In this document: in pieces, positions 31,209 to 39,903 of the stretch
Position numbering within the stretch: position 1 is the stretch's first letter
Layout of the letters: each line of letters opens with the position of its first letter
NCBI GenBank assembly: GCA_009991965.1
Contig: JAACWQ010000004.1
Location: forward strand, 42,074-106,073
Length of the DNA stretch: 64,000 nucleotides
Direction: 5' to 3'
Source: Minisyncoccota bacterium
GTDB taxonomy: Bacteria; Patescibacteriota; Microgenomatia; UBA1400; PJMF01
Made by a program: the position numbers and the translations under genes
Notes under the pieces: model-generated
What the model was told of the DNA's origin: nothing
What the model saw: the letters and a program-made list of their open reading frames with translations, nothing else
The model's database searches: none

Positions 31209-32642
31209 TTAAAATCCTGGTTCATAATATGTTCCGCTAGCTGCCCCCCTTAATTTAATGAGTTGAACTTGAACCAAACCTTGCAGATCTTTATTTATTG
31301 TAGGTCGTGAAGCGCTGGGTGAAAGCTTAACACATTCTTTTGCAGTAATTGTTGGATTCTCTTGTAAAAAATGCCATATTTTTATTTGTCTTTCATTTAA
31401 ATGTGAGAATGTATCTCCCAACAAAACAACTTTAAAACTGTTTGCTGCATTTTTGAAGATGGGCTCTAGTAGAGACCATTCTTCCATTCTAGATAAAACT
31501 ATATTAATTCCTCTTCCATACTCCTCAAGATAATCTAAGTCTTTTAGTAAAGAAGCGATAATTTCATTTCTACTAAACTGAGAGTCTCTGAGGTTTTCAA
31601 TTGTAATTCCCGGAGGAAGATTTCCTGGATTTGAAATTTCTATCCTATTAGAAAAAATGTTAATTTGAGTATACGTTTCAGTTATAAGATAATCTCTATG
31701 AATAACCGCATTTGCCACAAGTTCTCGAATTGCCTCAGGAGGATACTCGTATTTTTCAACCCTCTTCGAACCAATAATTTCTGCTCTCAGAGAAATATTT
31801 CTAAGTATAAATTGGTGAATTAAATCAATTTGTTCATCAAGGGTCCCAAGAATATCCTGCTTGTCTAAAATTGGAGTAGAAACAGAAAATCCTGCATATC
31901 GCACACATCTAACCACATAACGGGAAAAAGGAAGTAAGGTCTGGGGCTGGACATTAGAAAATATGAGAAAACCTCCAACAGTTGGAAAATAATTACCATT
32001 AAAATTATCTATCACGCCAAGATTTTTCATCACTTTGTTTGTTGGTGCACTATCAACAAATTTTCTTTTAGCTTTTTCAGCACTCTTAATGAGTAATTCT
32101 TTAATCTTGCCAACATCTAAAAGATCTATGCTAGCCTGAGATGCCTGAGTCTTATCAAATTTAAAAATGTCTGAATTCCTAATGAATGCCCTCATTTCTT
32201 CATCAGTAATAACTCTATCCACATTGCCTTCTCGAATACAGGCGCCCCTAGGTAACCCCAGTCTCTTATTAAAGCAAGGCTTTCGCTCCTCGTTTGTTTC
32301 GGAAACACAAAGAACTAGAAGCTCTTTTTTATCAAGCTCAACAATTCTCAAACTATAAATACCATGATTTTGCATTACTTCATTTAAAAAACTTACTATT
32401 TTTTCTTGAAGAAATGCCAAGTCTAGTCCACCCACTATTTCAATTTTGCCACTGTCTCTATCTTCATAAATTCCAAAAACTATAATTCCTCCTCCGGGTT
32501 TGTGAGAGAAGGAAGAAATTGATTTCCAACAGCTACTTGGGAACCCACCTCTAGCGTCTTTAAATTCGACATTGTCTGTCTCAGTTTTATGATGTCTGGC
32601 TTTTTTAATTAATGCAACTAATTGCTCATCATCGAATTTCAT
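31209..32642 (-). CDS. AlbA_2/Schlafen-like plus HATPase_c_4 plus wHTH protein
   Basis: ETDNVEFK, GGIIVFG, RELVANAVIHRDY, SNPG, C-terminal HTH; AT-rich. Confidence 0.88.
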   Translation of the reverse strand: MKFDDEQLVALIKKARHHKTETDNVEFKDARGGFPSSCWKSISSFSHKPGGGIIVFGIYEDRDSGKIEIVGGLDLAFLQEKIVSFLNEVMQNHGIYSLRIVELDKKELLVLCVSETNEERKPCFNKRLGLPRGACIREGNVDRVITDEEMRAFIRNSDIFKFDKTQASQASIDLLDVGKIKELLIKSAEKAKRKFVDSAPTNKVMKNLGVIDNFNGNYFPTVGGFLIFSNVQPQTLLPFSRYVVRCVRYAGFSVSTPILDKQDILGTLDEQIDLIHQFILRNISLRAEIIGSKRVEKYEYPPEAIRELVANAVIHRDYLITETYTQINIFSNRIEISNPGNLPPGITIENLRDSQFSRNEIIASLLKDLDYLEEYGRGINIVLSRMEEWSLLEPIFKNAANSFKVVLLGDTFSHLNERQIKIWHFLQENPTITAKECVKLSPSASRPTINKDLQGLVQVQLIKLRGAASGTYYEPGF

Positions 32643-32777
32643 AATGAGATTATACTTCATGGTCTGAGCTCTATTTCTTTTCTACCTATCAAGCCCAACT
32701 CTATTAACTAAGTCAATTTACATGGAACTTTACGAAATTCAGAGGAAAAGTTGTTGACGCTGGGAGAATATTAAAAC

Positions 32778-33346
32778 TCATGCTTCCCCAAACAACTTTT
32801 TAGCCGCCTCATACAACGGCAAAACTATTTCCTTTGCCTCAGGCAACAACTTTTTCCAACTTCGAGCCAACTTTTTCATCACAAACTCTCTGCCTTCGCC
32901 TGTTTCCATTTTTTTACTTTGAAAGCAAGAGAAAAAAGTGCGTCAAGATTATCAAAGTGTGCCATAGAATCAGCGCTTGCCAGTATCTCCGCCTCGATCG
33001 TTTCTCTAGGTATCTCTCTGCTCCCCCGATGAGAAAGAATGCAGTGCTCTACTTGCGAAATTTTCTGCTCGGGATACTTATAATTTTCCAAAAGCTCACG
33101 GGCCAACCGAGCTGAGTGAACATGATGTTCAGAATATAGTTTACTGTCTGAAATCTGGGCATAGTCGTGCAACAGCGCAGCAAGCACTGCAACTTCGACA
33201 TCAGCTTGCTTCTTTTTTGCAAGTTTTTTGGAAAAAGCTACAACACTCTGGATGTGATGTGTCCAGGCGCTAAAGCCGTAAATATTATTCTCTGATTTAC
33301 AAGTGTCTTCGACAATTTTTGCTATTTTTGAAACTACTTGACTCAC
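32778..33346 (-). pseudogene. HD-domain protein with frameshift in an A7 run
   Basis: LLHD motif; the shifted frame at 32909-32915 gives METGEGREFVMKKLARSWKKLLPEAKEIV..* ending at 32778. Confidence 0.65.
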
Positions 33347-33361
33347 AATTAGAGCCTATTT

Positions 33362-33763
33362 TTAAACAAATACTTTAGCTAATAACCAGAATAATATCCC
33401 AGCCATACCCCAAAGTGGGATAGACAAAAGACTAGTATACCCTCCTAAGGAATATCTATGATAACTCCATAACCTCTGGCCCATTATTTGATGATAAAAA
33501 TAACCAATGGTCCATTCTAGGAACGTTCCCACCAGCGCAAAAAATAAATATACAGTCATCAGTGATGAACCAAATTTTGATATGTATATACCAACAGCCA
33601 AAAATGTGGGAAGTAGCAAGTAAAAATACTTGCTCCAAGAAAAGTGGTATATTCGAATTTTCTTACCAGATAACTTAAAATATAATTGCTGGGTAGCTGC
33701 TTCAAAAACAACTCCCCCGACCACCATTGAGAGAAAAATAATGATATCCTGAATAGTTACCAT
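33362..33763 (-). CDS. Small multi-pass membrane protein
   Basis: 4 hydrophobic segments, LEW..G..RLWSY..SIPLWG. Confidence 0.7.
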   Translation of the reverse strand: MVTIQDIIIFLSMVVGGVVFEAATQQLYFKLSGKKIRIYHFSWSKYFYLLLPTFLAVGIYISKFGSSLMTVYLFFALVGTFLEWTIGYFYHQIMGQRLWSYHRYSLGGYTSLLSIPLWGMAGILFWLLAKVFV

Positions 33764-33880
33764 AAACAGAATGGTATTTCATTTGAGCAAGTAAATCAAT
33801 TCAATGTTGACACTCTGGGAGGAAGTTAGAACCTATTTTTACTCTGCTGGGACGAAAGTTTACGTCAGTATAAGCTAGCT

Positions 33881-34624
33881 TTAAGTAGCAACATCCCGAA
33901 CTCTTCTCTCCTGACGAATTGTCAATACTGACAAAAGATTTTCTGCAATCGATGCTTGCAAAATCGCGTTTGTAGAAGCAAGTTCTAGCACTCTCTGTCT
34001 GTATTCCGCACAAAGTTTGGGATCTGGCGTAAACCCAGCATAACCGGTAATTAAGATAGCTGCGCCCATCATATCCATACTTATGTCCATGCAATTAGAT
34101 GTAATGAACTCAAGATTTCCATTGCCAATCTCAGTGGCATACTCGCGAATATCTTCCAAACCAACAAATGTTAGATGACCTCCATACCCTACGAGGGAAT
34201 CCCACGGATGATCTAGTTCCTTCATCCAATCTATCAAAGTGGAAACAAATTCTTTCGCATGTGAAGGAACCACACACAGTATGTCGTAATCTAAATTTAC
34301 AGGATCGTCATAGCGCATTGACCCATAAACCAAAACCACAATCTTGTTGTCTCTCAGATACTGCAAACGTTCTGTAAAAAATACTTTGAGCACCCTGTAA
34401 CCCTCAATCACTCTTGGACTTTTTGCTGAATCTGGGTTAACTTGAAGTGTTTCTAACGCTCTACGAGTATCTGCAATTACTTCAGGGATGCTATTAGGAT
34501 TAAGGAGTAAATTGAATAGAGGTAGTATCGTTCTCTCCGAGTGATATTCTCCAAGAAGTGGTTTTACAAAACTTCTGGATAATGGCGGAAGTAAATCCCA
34601 GTTAGGTGTTGGTAGTTCTGTCAT
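33881..34624 (-). CDS. Hypothetical protein with nucleotidyltransferase-like motif
   Basis: LVYGS....DYDIL (GS..DxD). Confidence 0.5.
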   Translation of the reverse strand: MTELPTPNWDLLPPLSRSFVKPLLGEYHSERTILPLFNLLLNPNSIPEVIADTRRALETLQVNPDSAKSPRVIEGYRVLKVFFTERLQYLRDNKIVVLVYGSMRYDDPVNLDYDILCVVPSHAKEFVSTLIDWMKELDHPWDSLVGYGGHLTFVGLEDIREYATEIGNGNLEFITSNCMDISMDMMGAAILITGYAGFTPDPKLCAEYRQRVLELASTNAILQASIAENLLSVLTIRQERRVRDVAT

Positions 34625-34639
34625 TGCCCCAATCATATC

Positions 34640-34675
34640 AAACAAAAAAAACGCCGAGTGGCGATTTCTTCGTTT
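34640..34675 (-). terminator. Original terminator of tRNA-fMet, displaced by the element
   Basis: Minus strand CGCC-ACTC-GGCG followed by a T-tract, directly outside the left att core. Confidence 0.7.
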
Positions 34676-34683
34676 CATTGTTG
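34676..34683 (+). repeat. Left att core
   Basis: CATTGTTG, identical to 42529-42536. Confidence 0.8.
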
Positions 34684-34800
34684 ACTATCTGGGATGATAT
34701 CCGAACATGGATTGAAAGTCAAAAATTGTTCATGTTTCCAGATACAGCAATGGCTGTGCCTGCTGCTGCTGAATACCTGCGGTGGAAATGTCTGAGTTGA
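34684..34800 (+). other. Detached C-terminal tail of the serine recombinase (38 aa)
   Basis: TIWDDIRTWIESQK..KCLS* is in frame with recombinase ..PTLL across the att core. Confidence 0.7.
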
Positions 34801-34846
34801 TGACCACTTCAAACAACAACTAAGCAAGTTGCGTATATTGTTTGTA

Positions 34847-34875
34847 TTGACAAACTTATACTTTTTGTATATGTT
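34847..34875 (+). promoter_or_regulatory. Sigma70-type promoter for the RT cassette
   Basis: TTGACA-17 bp-TATGTT. Confidence 0.65.
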
Positions 34876-34879
34876 AGAA

Positions 34880-35330
34880 GATGCTCTTTAACATGGTTTA
34901 ATTGTGAAACTCATTCATACTCCATTATTTTAGACCCTTGAGGTCTGAACTTATTTTCCTTGCAAAAAAATGAGTGTTTCCGTCCAGTGACTATTCTTAT
35001 GTAATAATTTTTCACTTGATCAGGGAGATACTAAATAGCTCGTGGCTCTTTAGTTGTAGCGGAACGCTATCATATGCGAGCCTGAATGAGCCACATACTA
35101 GGAAGTATCGACCTACTATTATTAAATAAACAGTTTTAGTAAGAAAGGCGCCGATTATGGATACAACGCTTCTTAATTTGTCACAAGTTAAACCTAGCGT
35201 TCCGTTCATAAGGGCGGTCACTTCTGAAAATAATACTCTTGATCATCAGAGTAATCAGACTAATTGTCTGGATTATTCGACTCATGATCGAGTTAAAACA
35301 GATGTAGCCGCCCTTTAGCTCGAAACAGAT
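34880..35330 (+). ncRNA. Putative retron-type structured RNA (msr/msd-like or hybrid ncRNA-mRNA)
   Basis: Many stems: 34906-15/34969-80, 34932-36/34942-46, 35042-48/35088-94, 35060-69/35195-204, 35210-26/35299-315; lies directly upstream of HTH-RT; boundaries approximate. Confidence 0.6.
35157..35318 (+). CDS. 53-aa small protein inside the structured RNA
   Basis: AAGAAAGG RBS at 35141-35148; MDTTLLNLSQVKPSVPFIRAVTSENNTLDHQSNQTNCLDYSTHDRVKTDVAAL*. Confidence 0.5.
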   Translation: MDTTLLNLSQVKPSVPFIRAVTSENNTLDHQSNQTNCLDYSTHDRVKTDVAAL

Positions 35331-35337
35331 TATAACT

Positions 35338-35664
35338 ATGAACTCTTTACCCATATTTTTAAAACAACTTAGAAAAGCGAGTTCTCTGACACAAATAGAG
35401 CTTGCAAATGCTCTAGGAGTATCTACTGTACTAATATCGATGCTTGAGTCTGGTCAAAAAAAAGCCTCGCTTAAATTCTTGCACATATTAGCTCGGAAAT
35501 TGAAAGTTCATCCTGGAGCTATTGCTCCACTCGCTTTCAATGACCATGCTAGCGCGAATCAAAGCGAAACCAGCCAACTAGAAAAAAAATTGATCAATTT
35601 AGGCATTAAACTACAAGAAGAACTGATAAAGAAAAAGGCGAAGTACCTTAAAATAGATGGCTAA
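35338..35664 (+). CDS. Xre-family HTH protein coupled to the RT
   Basis: LTQIELANALGVSTVLISMLESG; overlaps RT start. Confidence 0.9.
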   Translation: MNSLPIFLKQLRKASSLTQIELANALGVSTVLISMLESGQKKASLKFLHILARKLKVHPGAIAPLAFNDHASANQSETSQLEKKLINLGIKLQEELIKKKAKYLKIDG

Positions 35665-36622
35665 TATTTACCCTCAAATTAGTATTAGAAGCAAGAATGA
35701 GCTTGCAAAGCAAATAAGCTCAGTAAAGCTCCCCTTTGAGGGAGCGTTAAGCCTGATTAATAATGTAATTGAAAACTACGACACGTACTGGAAAGACAGC
35801 AAAAAATCAGAACCTCAAAAAAGAAAATATGTAAGGACAGCTGTAGGCACCCCTCTTGATACCCTTCTGAAAGCTATTGATAAAAAGCTCTTGCAGACTC
35901 ATGACAAGCTCATACCTGGCTTTATTTTCGGCGGTGTAAAAGGTAAGAGTCACATTGCAGCTGCATACCATCTTGTAGGAAATAGAAATAAAAGAATCTT
36001 GTTAAAGATGGATATTTCAAGATTCTTCGAGAAAATTACACGAGAACGCGTCTTTTATTTCTTTAACAAAAAATGCAACTGCAGCGTCAAAGCCTCTAAT
36101 TTGCTTGCCGACCTATGCTGTGTACCAAAAGGTAAAAAGGGTAGTACTGACCCTACTAAGACCATAGCTAGAGGTTTCCCAACTTCATCAAGGTTAGCCA
36201 TATGGACCAACTTGGAAACATTTCTTAAATTGCGGCATACAGTAACCAAGAAACTAAAAAATCATGACCCACAAACAGTAATCTTTGTTGACGACATAGG
36301 TATTTCGGCAAGTCGAACATCCAAAGAATCGCTAGATGAAATAAGAAAGTCAGTGCAAAAAATTCTTCTGTCACATGATCGAAATCAACCGCTCCCTGCA
36401 AATAAGGGAAAAACAAAAATCATTCCCTTTTCTGAAGGAGCAGAACATCTTGGACTACTCCTAGGAAGAAATAAAATTAGTATAGGCAGGAAAACCAAAT
36501 CAAGAATGGCAACGATAAGAAGTTTGGTCGGTAAATCGCGTGGTGAAACAAAAAAATCACTAATTAAAAGAGAGGCATCTTACTACAGATACAAAAAACA
36601 AATTGAAGAAACTATCATTTGA
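35657..36622 (+). CDS. Retron-like reverse transcriptase
   Basis: GGVKGKSHIAAAYH (NAxxH-like), KMDISRFF, ARGFPTSS, FVDD, KTK..HLGL. Confidence 0.85.
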   Translation: MANIYPQISIRSKNELAKQISSVKLPFEGALSLINNVIENYDTYWKDSKKSEPQKRKYVRTAVGTPLDTLLKAIDKKLLQTHDKLIPGFIFGGVKGKSHIAAAYHLVGNRNKRILLKMDISRFFEKITRERVFYFFNKKCNCSVKASNLLADLCCVPKGKKGSTDPTKTIARGFPTSSRLAIWTNLETFLKLRHTVTKKLKNHDPQTVIFVDDIGISASRTSKESLDEIRKSVQKILLSHDRNQPLPANKGKTKIIPFSEGAEHLGLLLGRNKISIGRKTKSRMATIRSLVGKSRGETKKSLIKREASYYRYKKQIEETII

Positions 36623-36773
36623 GCGAACTACATCAATTTTCATTAGTGGTTCACTTTTACACTGCAAAGCTTTGAATCAAACTCTGGATTTCCAATCTTG
36701 CCTGATGTAGCAGCTCGCTATCCAAGAAATCAACCATTTCTTGCGTATTCATTTTTACTTTTAACAACATATT

Positions 36774-37481
36774 TTAACTCTCTTTTGCCACTTCTTCAGC
36801 CAGCTGGGGATTGAGTACTACAACAATAATTCCTAGACTTTTATAAAACGAAAGCCACCAAATACCTCCGCTCTTATCATCTTTGATAGCTACGTTCTTG
36901 TAGGAAAGTACTTCTCCAAATCTACCGACAGTTGGACTTTGCTTGCTTAGCAATTCTGGTAGCCAGTTTGGAGGATCCCAGTACACTTGAAACACTTGCT
37001 CATCAAGAATGCGATCTCCACAATTCTGATAGTAAAGACCCTTAACAATCTTAATTGCTACTCTGTCTACTCTGTCACTATCGATTTTTATTCCATCGAC
37101 TTTTCTGGTTATTAAACCATCAGATGAGGTTGTGACAACGGTAACGATGTCTCTTCTAATAAGGTCTAACTTAGAAACAGTTTTACTTCGTTCATACGGT
37201 CTCATATAACTGGGCTGAGTTCCCTCTTTGAAGACTTGCCGGGCAATGGTATTTTGACCAACTATAGAGAAGCGGTCTCTAATATACTCCTCATCGAGGT
37301 TGAGGAGATTATTACACGCTTTACAAGTTGGTAATTTGTAGCCTCGTGAGTTTGACATCCGATCTAAGGTAAGTGCTAGATGCTCAACACCTTTTTTTGG
37401 AAACAAAGTCTTAGGTGGAACATGATCCCAAGATTCTGCTTCATTTTTCCCACATAAATAGCAAATTAATCCAGATTTCAT
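36774..37481 (-). CDS. HNH endonuclease-like protein
   Basis: CYLCG..DHVPPK..PTCKACNN; start uncertain. Confidence 0.7.
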   Translation of the reverse strand: MKSGLICYLCGKNEAESWDHVPPKTLFPKKGVEHLALTLDRMSNSRGYKLPTCKACNNLLNLDEEYIRDRFSIVGQNTIARQVFKEGTQPSYMRPYERSKTVSKLDLIRRDIVTVVTTSSDGLITRKVDGIKIDSDRVDRVAIKIVKGLYYQNCGDRILDEQVFQVYWDPPNWLPELLSKQSPTVGRFGEVLSYKNVAIKDDKSGGIWWLSFYKSLGIIVVVLNPQLAEEVAKES

Positions 37482-37658
37482 TAGTTGATATTGTACAGGG
37501 GGAAGATTTGTTTCGCTTATATTGACCGGCCATAATCTTGGCTGCAACATTATGAATTTTTGGTATAGACAACTAATGTCGAGGTGCACTTGAATTTCTC
37601 AAGGAACATGTAATATTAAAGTGAGCTACTTCAAAAATTAGTTATCAGGTAACTTTAT

Positions 37659-38138
37659 ATGGGCAGAGAAGCAAAACAAAGCAATAACCTAACTAGAAAG
37701 CAATCATCTTTTGTTAAAAGGCTAATTTTGGGTGATTCAGCCACTCAAGCTGCATTGGCTACTTATGGTACTTCCGACCCCAAAGTTGCCTCTTCAATAG
37801 CCAGTGAGAACCTGAATAAACCTGCTATTAGAGAAGCTATTGAGCAGGCTTTCAGATCAAAGGGTCTATCCTTGGATGTAATTGTTTCAAATATTGGAGA
37901 ATTAGCAAATCACAAACCAACAAAAATCAGTGGAGAAACCAAACTAAAAGCTAATATCGAACTCTTAAAGCTGTTGGGGGCATATTATCTAGATAGAAAA
38001 AGATCGAGCATTAGTGTCTCATTCTCATCACAAGTTAGCGCCATGACTTTCAGTGAAGCTAAAGCAAGCATGCTTGAGCTACAAGCAACTACAGAAGAGT
38101 TAATGGCAGACATTGAAACTACCCCCCACACCACCTAA
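37659..38138 (+). CDS. Terminase small subunit-like protein
   Basis: LTRKQSSFV..SATQAA..Y....ASSIASENLNKPAIREAI motif. Confidence 0.75.
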   Translation: MGREAKQSNNLTRKQSSFVKRLILGDSATQAALATYGTSDPKVASSIASENLNKPAIREAIEQAFRSKGLSLDVIVSNIGELANHKPTKISGETKLKANIELLKLLGAYYLDRKRSSISVSFSSQVSAMTFSEAKASMLELQATTEELMADIETTPHTT

Positions 38139-38202
38139 AGTGAATCATAAATAATAATGACTTAGCCCCTTTTCAATGGGCGATAATTTTTTTAGGAAAT
38201 TC

Positions 38203-38430
38203 TCAAAATGGTAATAACTCCGAAGCAGGTACTTTCAAAGCTTTTGCTACTTTATAAAGCGTTCTTATTGTTGGGTTTCTTTCCCCTCGTTCAATCAAAC
38301 CGATATAAGTTCTATGCATTGATAGCAATTCAGCTAACTTTTCTTGAGAGATGCCCCTAGACTGTCTAACTTTTTGCATTTTTTGCCCAAACTTCAGTAA
38401 AATTGAGTGATGAGTTATTGGCTTTCCCAT
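38203..38430 (-). CDS. Xre-family repressor
   Basis: SQEKLA..HRTYIGLIERGERNPT. Confidence 0.9.
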   Translation of the reverse strand: MGKPITHHSILLKFGQKMQKVRQSRGISQEKLAELLSMHRTYIGLIERGERNPTIRTLYKVAKALKVPASELLPF

Positions 38431-38443
38431 TAAGGGAATATTA

Positions 38444-38503
38444 GAGACTACTAGTCTCAACTTCGACAGACTCCTTGTCATCATACTGTTTCGTTTGTAT
38501 AAT
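38444..38503. promoter_or_regulatory. Divergent switch: palindromic operator and rightward promoter
   Basis: GAGACTA-C-TAGTCTC at 38444-38458; TTGTCA-17-TATAAT at 38475-38503. Confidence 0.7.
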
Positions 38504-38562
38504 CGATAAAACCTTTATCTAATCCTCTGTAACTAAACTCGCTTCAAGACGGGAAAAAATAT

Positions 38563-38868
38563 ATGGCTACTTTTCTTTTGCTTATACTCGTGATTTGGAT
38601 TGTTGTAGTTCCGATTTTGAATTGGTTCTGGCAGTTGCATGAAGACGGTGAACAGTGGAAAAGAGAAGAAGCAGAAGTACAAAAGGAAATGCAAACACAA
38701 AAGGACTGGGAGGCTTATCAAGCAGGGGAAATTCCAATGACAGAAGACGTTGACATGATGCTTCTGCGTAATATGTTTGATTTGCCAATTGAAGAACGGG
38801 CTTCAAGTGTTTGGGCGAAAGCTCTGAGACAAGAGCAGCAAAGAAAGAAAATGGGCATAAAACTCTAA
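38563..38868 (+). CDS. Hypothetical protein with N-terminal TM
   Basis: First ORF after the promoter. Confidence 0.65.
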   Translation: MATFLLLILVIWIVVVPILNWFWQLHEDGEQWKREEAEVQKEMQTQKDWEAYQAGEIPMTEDVDMMLLRNMFDLPIEERASSVWAKALRQEQQRKKMGIKL

Positions 38869-38902
38869 GAATACACATAAGTTACCCTGATATGATTGGG
38901 AC

Positions 38903-39553
38903 ATGACAGATAGGGTCATCAAAGTTGAGGTTGATATTAAAGATAAACGGAAATTTCAAGACATTGTACTTCTGGTTGATAGAAAAGACTTTCTTCAAGA
39001 TCTGAACATTTACCTTGAACATTGCGCGCAGGAAATAAATGAAGATAGATCTATCACTAATCAATATATGAGGCCAGTACTACATGACGAGGCATTAAGA
39101 TTAGTACGGAAGTATAGATATCCTGACGGTTTCTCGAGTGCGATTAGCGCAATAGCTCTAAAAGGAATTGTTACAGATTCAGACCTAAGACATTGTTACT
39201 TAGCGAAATTGATCTCTCCCTCGTCTTACGTTGACTCTTACTCAAACACTTTTACTAAAGAAGACCTAGTTATTTTTATTGATCCGAGCATTATCACCTG
39301 GAGAAAAAAAGCAATTCTCGATCAGGTAAAGGGCTTTTTGCTTGATGCCGAGGTAAATATTTCAAAATTTCCCCGAAATCACCCCCTTTGTAGAGATATA
39401 AAACGAGAAATAAAGTGTATGAGAAAATTGTATTTGGATAGAGAACTAAATAATCTAAGCACAAAAAAAATGTCTCAAATATATGAAAGGGAAGAAAAAA
39501 CGATTGACACTTATATTGATAGGTATCGTAATTCCCTTAAATACGACATTTAG
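38903..39553 (+). CDS. Hypothetical protein, possible C-terminal HTH
   Basis: 216-aa ORF; LSTKKMSQIYEREEKTIDTYI. Confidence 0.65.
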   Translation: MTDRVIKVEVDIKDKRKFQDIVLLVDRKDFLQDLNIYLEHCAQEINEDRSITNQYMRPVLHDEALRLVRKYRYPDGFSSAISAIALKGIVTDSDLRHCYLAKLISPSSYVDSYSNTFTKEDLVIFIDPSIITWRKKAILDQVKGFLLDAEVNISKFPRNHPLCRDIKREIKCMRKLYLDRELNNLSTKKMSQIYEREEKTIDTYIDRYRNSLKYDI

Positions 39554-39624
39554 AGAAACACTTGCTGTAGATTTTAATTAAGATCATTTTCAGTTAGTTT
39601 CTATCTGAGATATACAGATAGGAT

Positions 39625-39659
39625 AAAAAACCCGAGCAACCTATCTGCCCGGGTTTTTT
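39625..39659. terminator. Strong hairpin with A/T tracts (attenuator-like)
   Basis: AAAAAACCCGAGCA-loop-TGCCCGGGTTTTTT. Confidence 0.75.
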
Positions 39660-39669
39660 AAAACAACTA

Positions 39670-39903
39670 ATGGTAAATAGCATCCCTTTCATTTCAATAA
39701 AAGTCACTAATAGAGATGGTAAGACTGTGGAAACCCTAGGCAGCCGACGAACAAGACGGGTTTTCCGTTTTATCCAGAGGGAAAAATCTCCAGACGAATT
39801 GTTTGAAGTCTCAGTCACCTACTCAAATGGGATGACTAATGCTACTCCTCCACAATCAAGAGAAAAGACTATTAGAACCTTACAAGTGTTTTTAGAAAAA
39901 TGA
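39670..39903 (+). CDS. Hypothetical protein
   Basis: ORF coupled (ATGA overlap) to the next gene. Confidence 0.65.
   Translation: MVNSIPFISIKVTNRDGKTVETLGSRRTRRVFRFIQREKSPDELFEVSVTYSNGMTNATPPQSREKTIRTLQVFLEK

Noticed and set aside
34606-34800. Stand-alone 64-aa gene
   Set aside because: Spans the att core and terminator with no credible start; better explained as the recombinase tail
35657-36622. Group II intron or DGR assignment for the RT
   Set aside because: No maturase domain, no domain V-like hairpin recognised, and no TR/VR pair differing at adenines found
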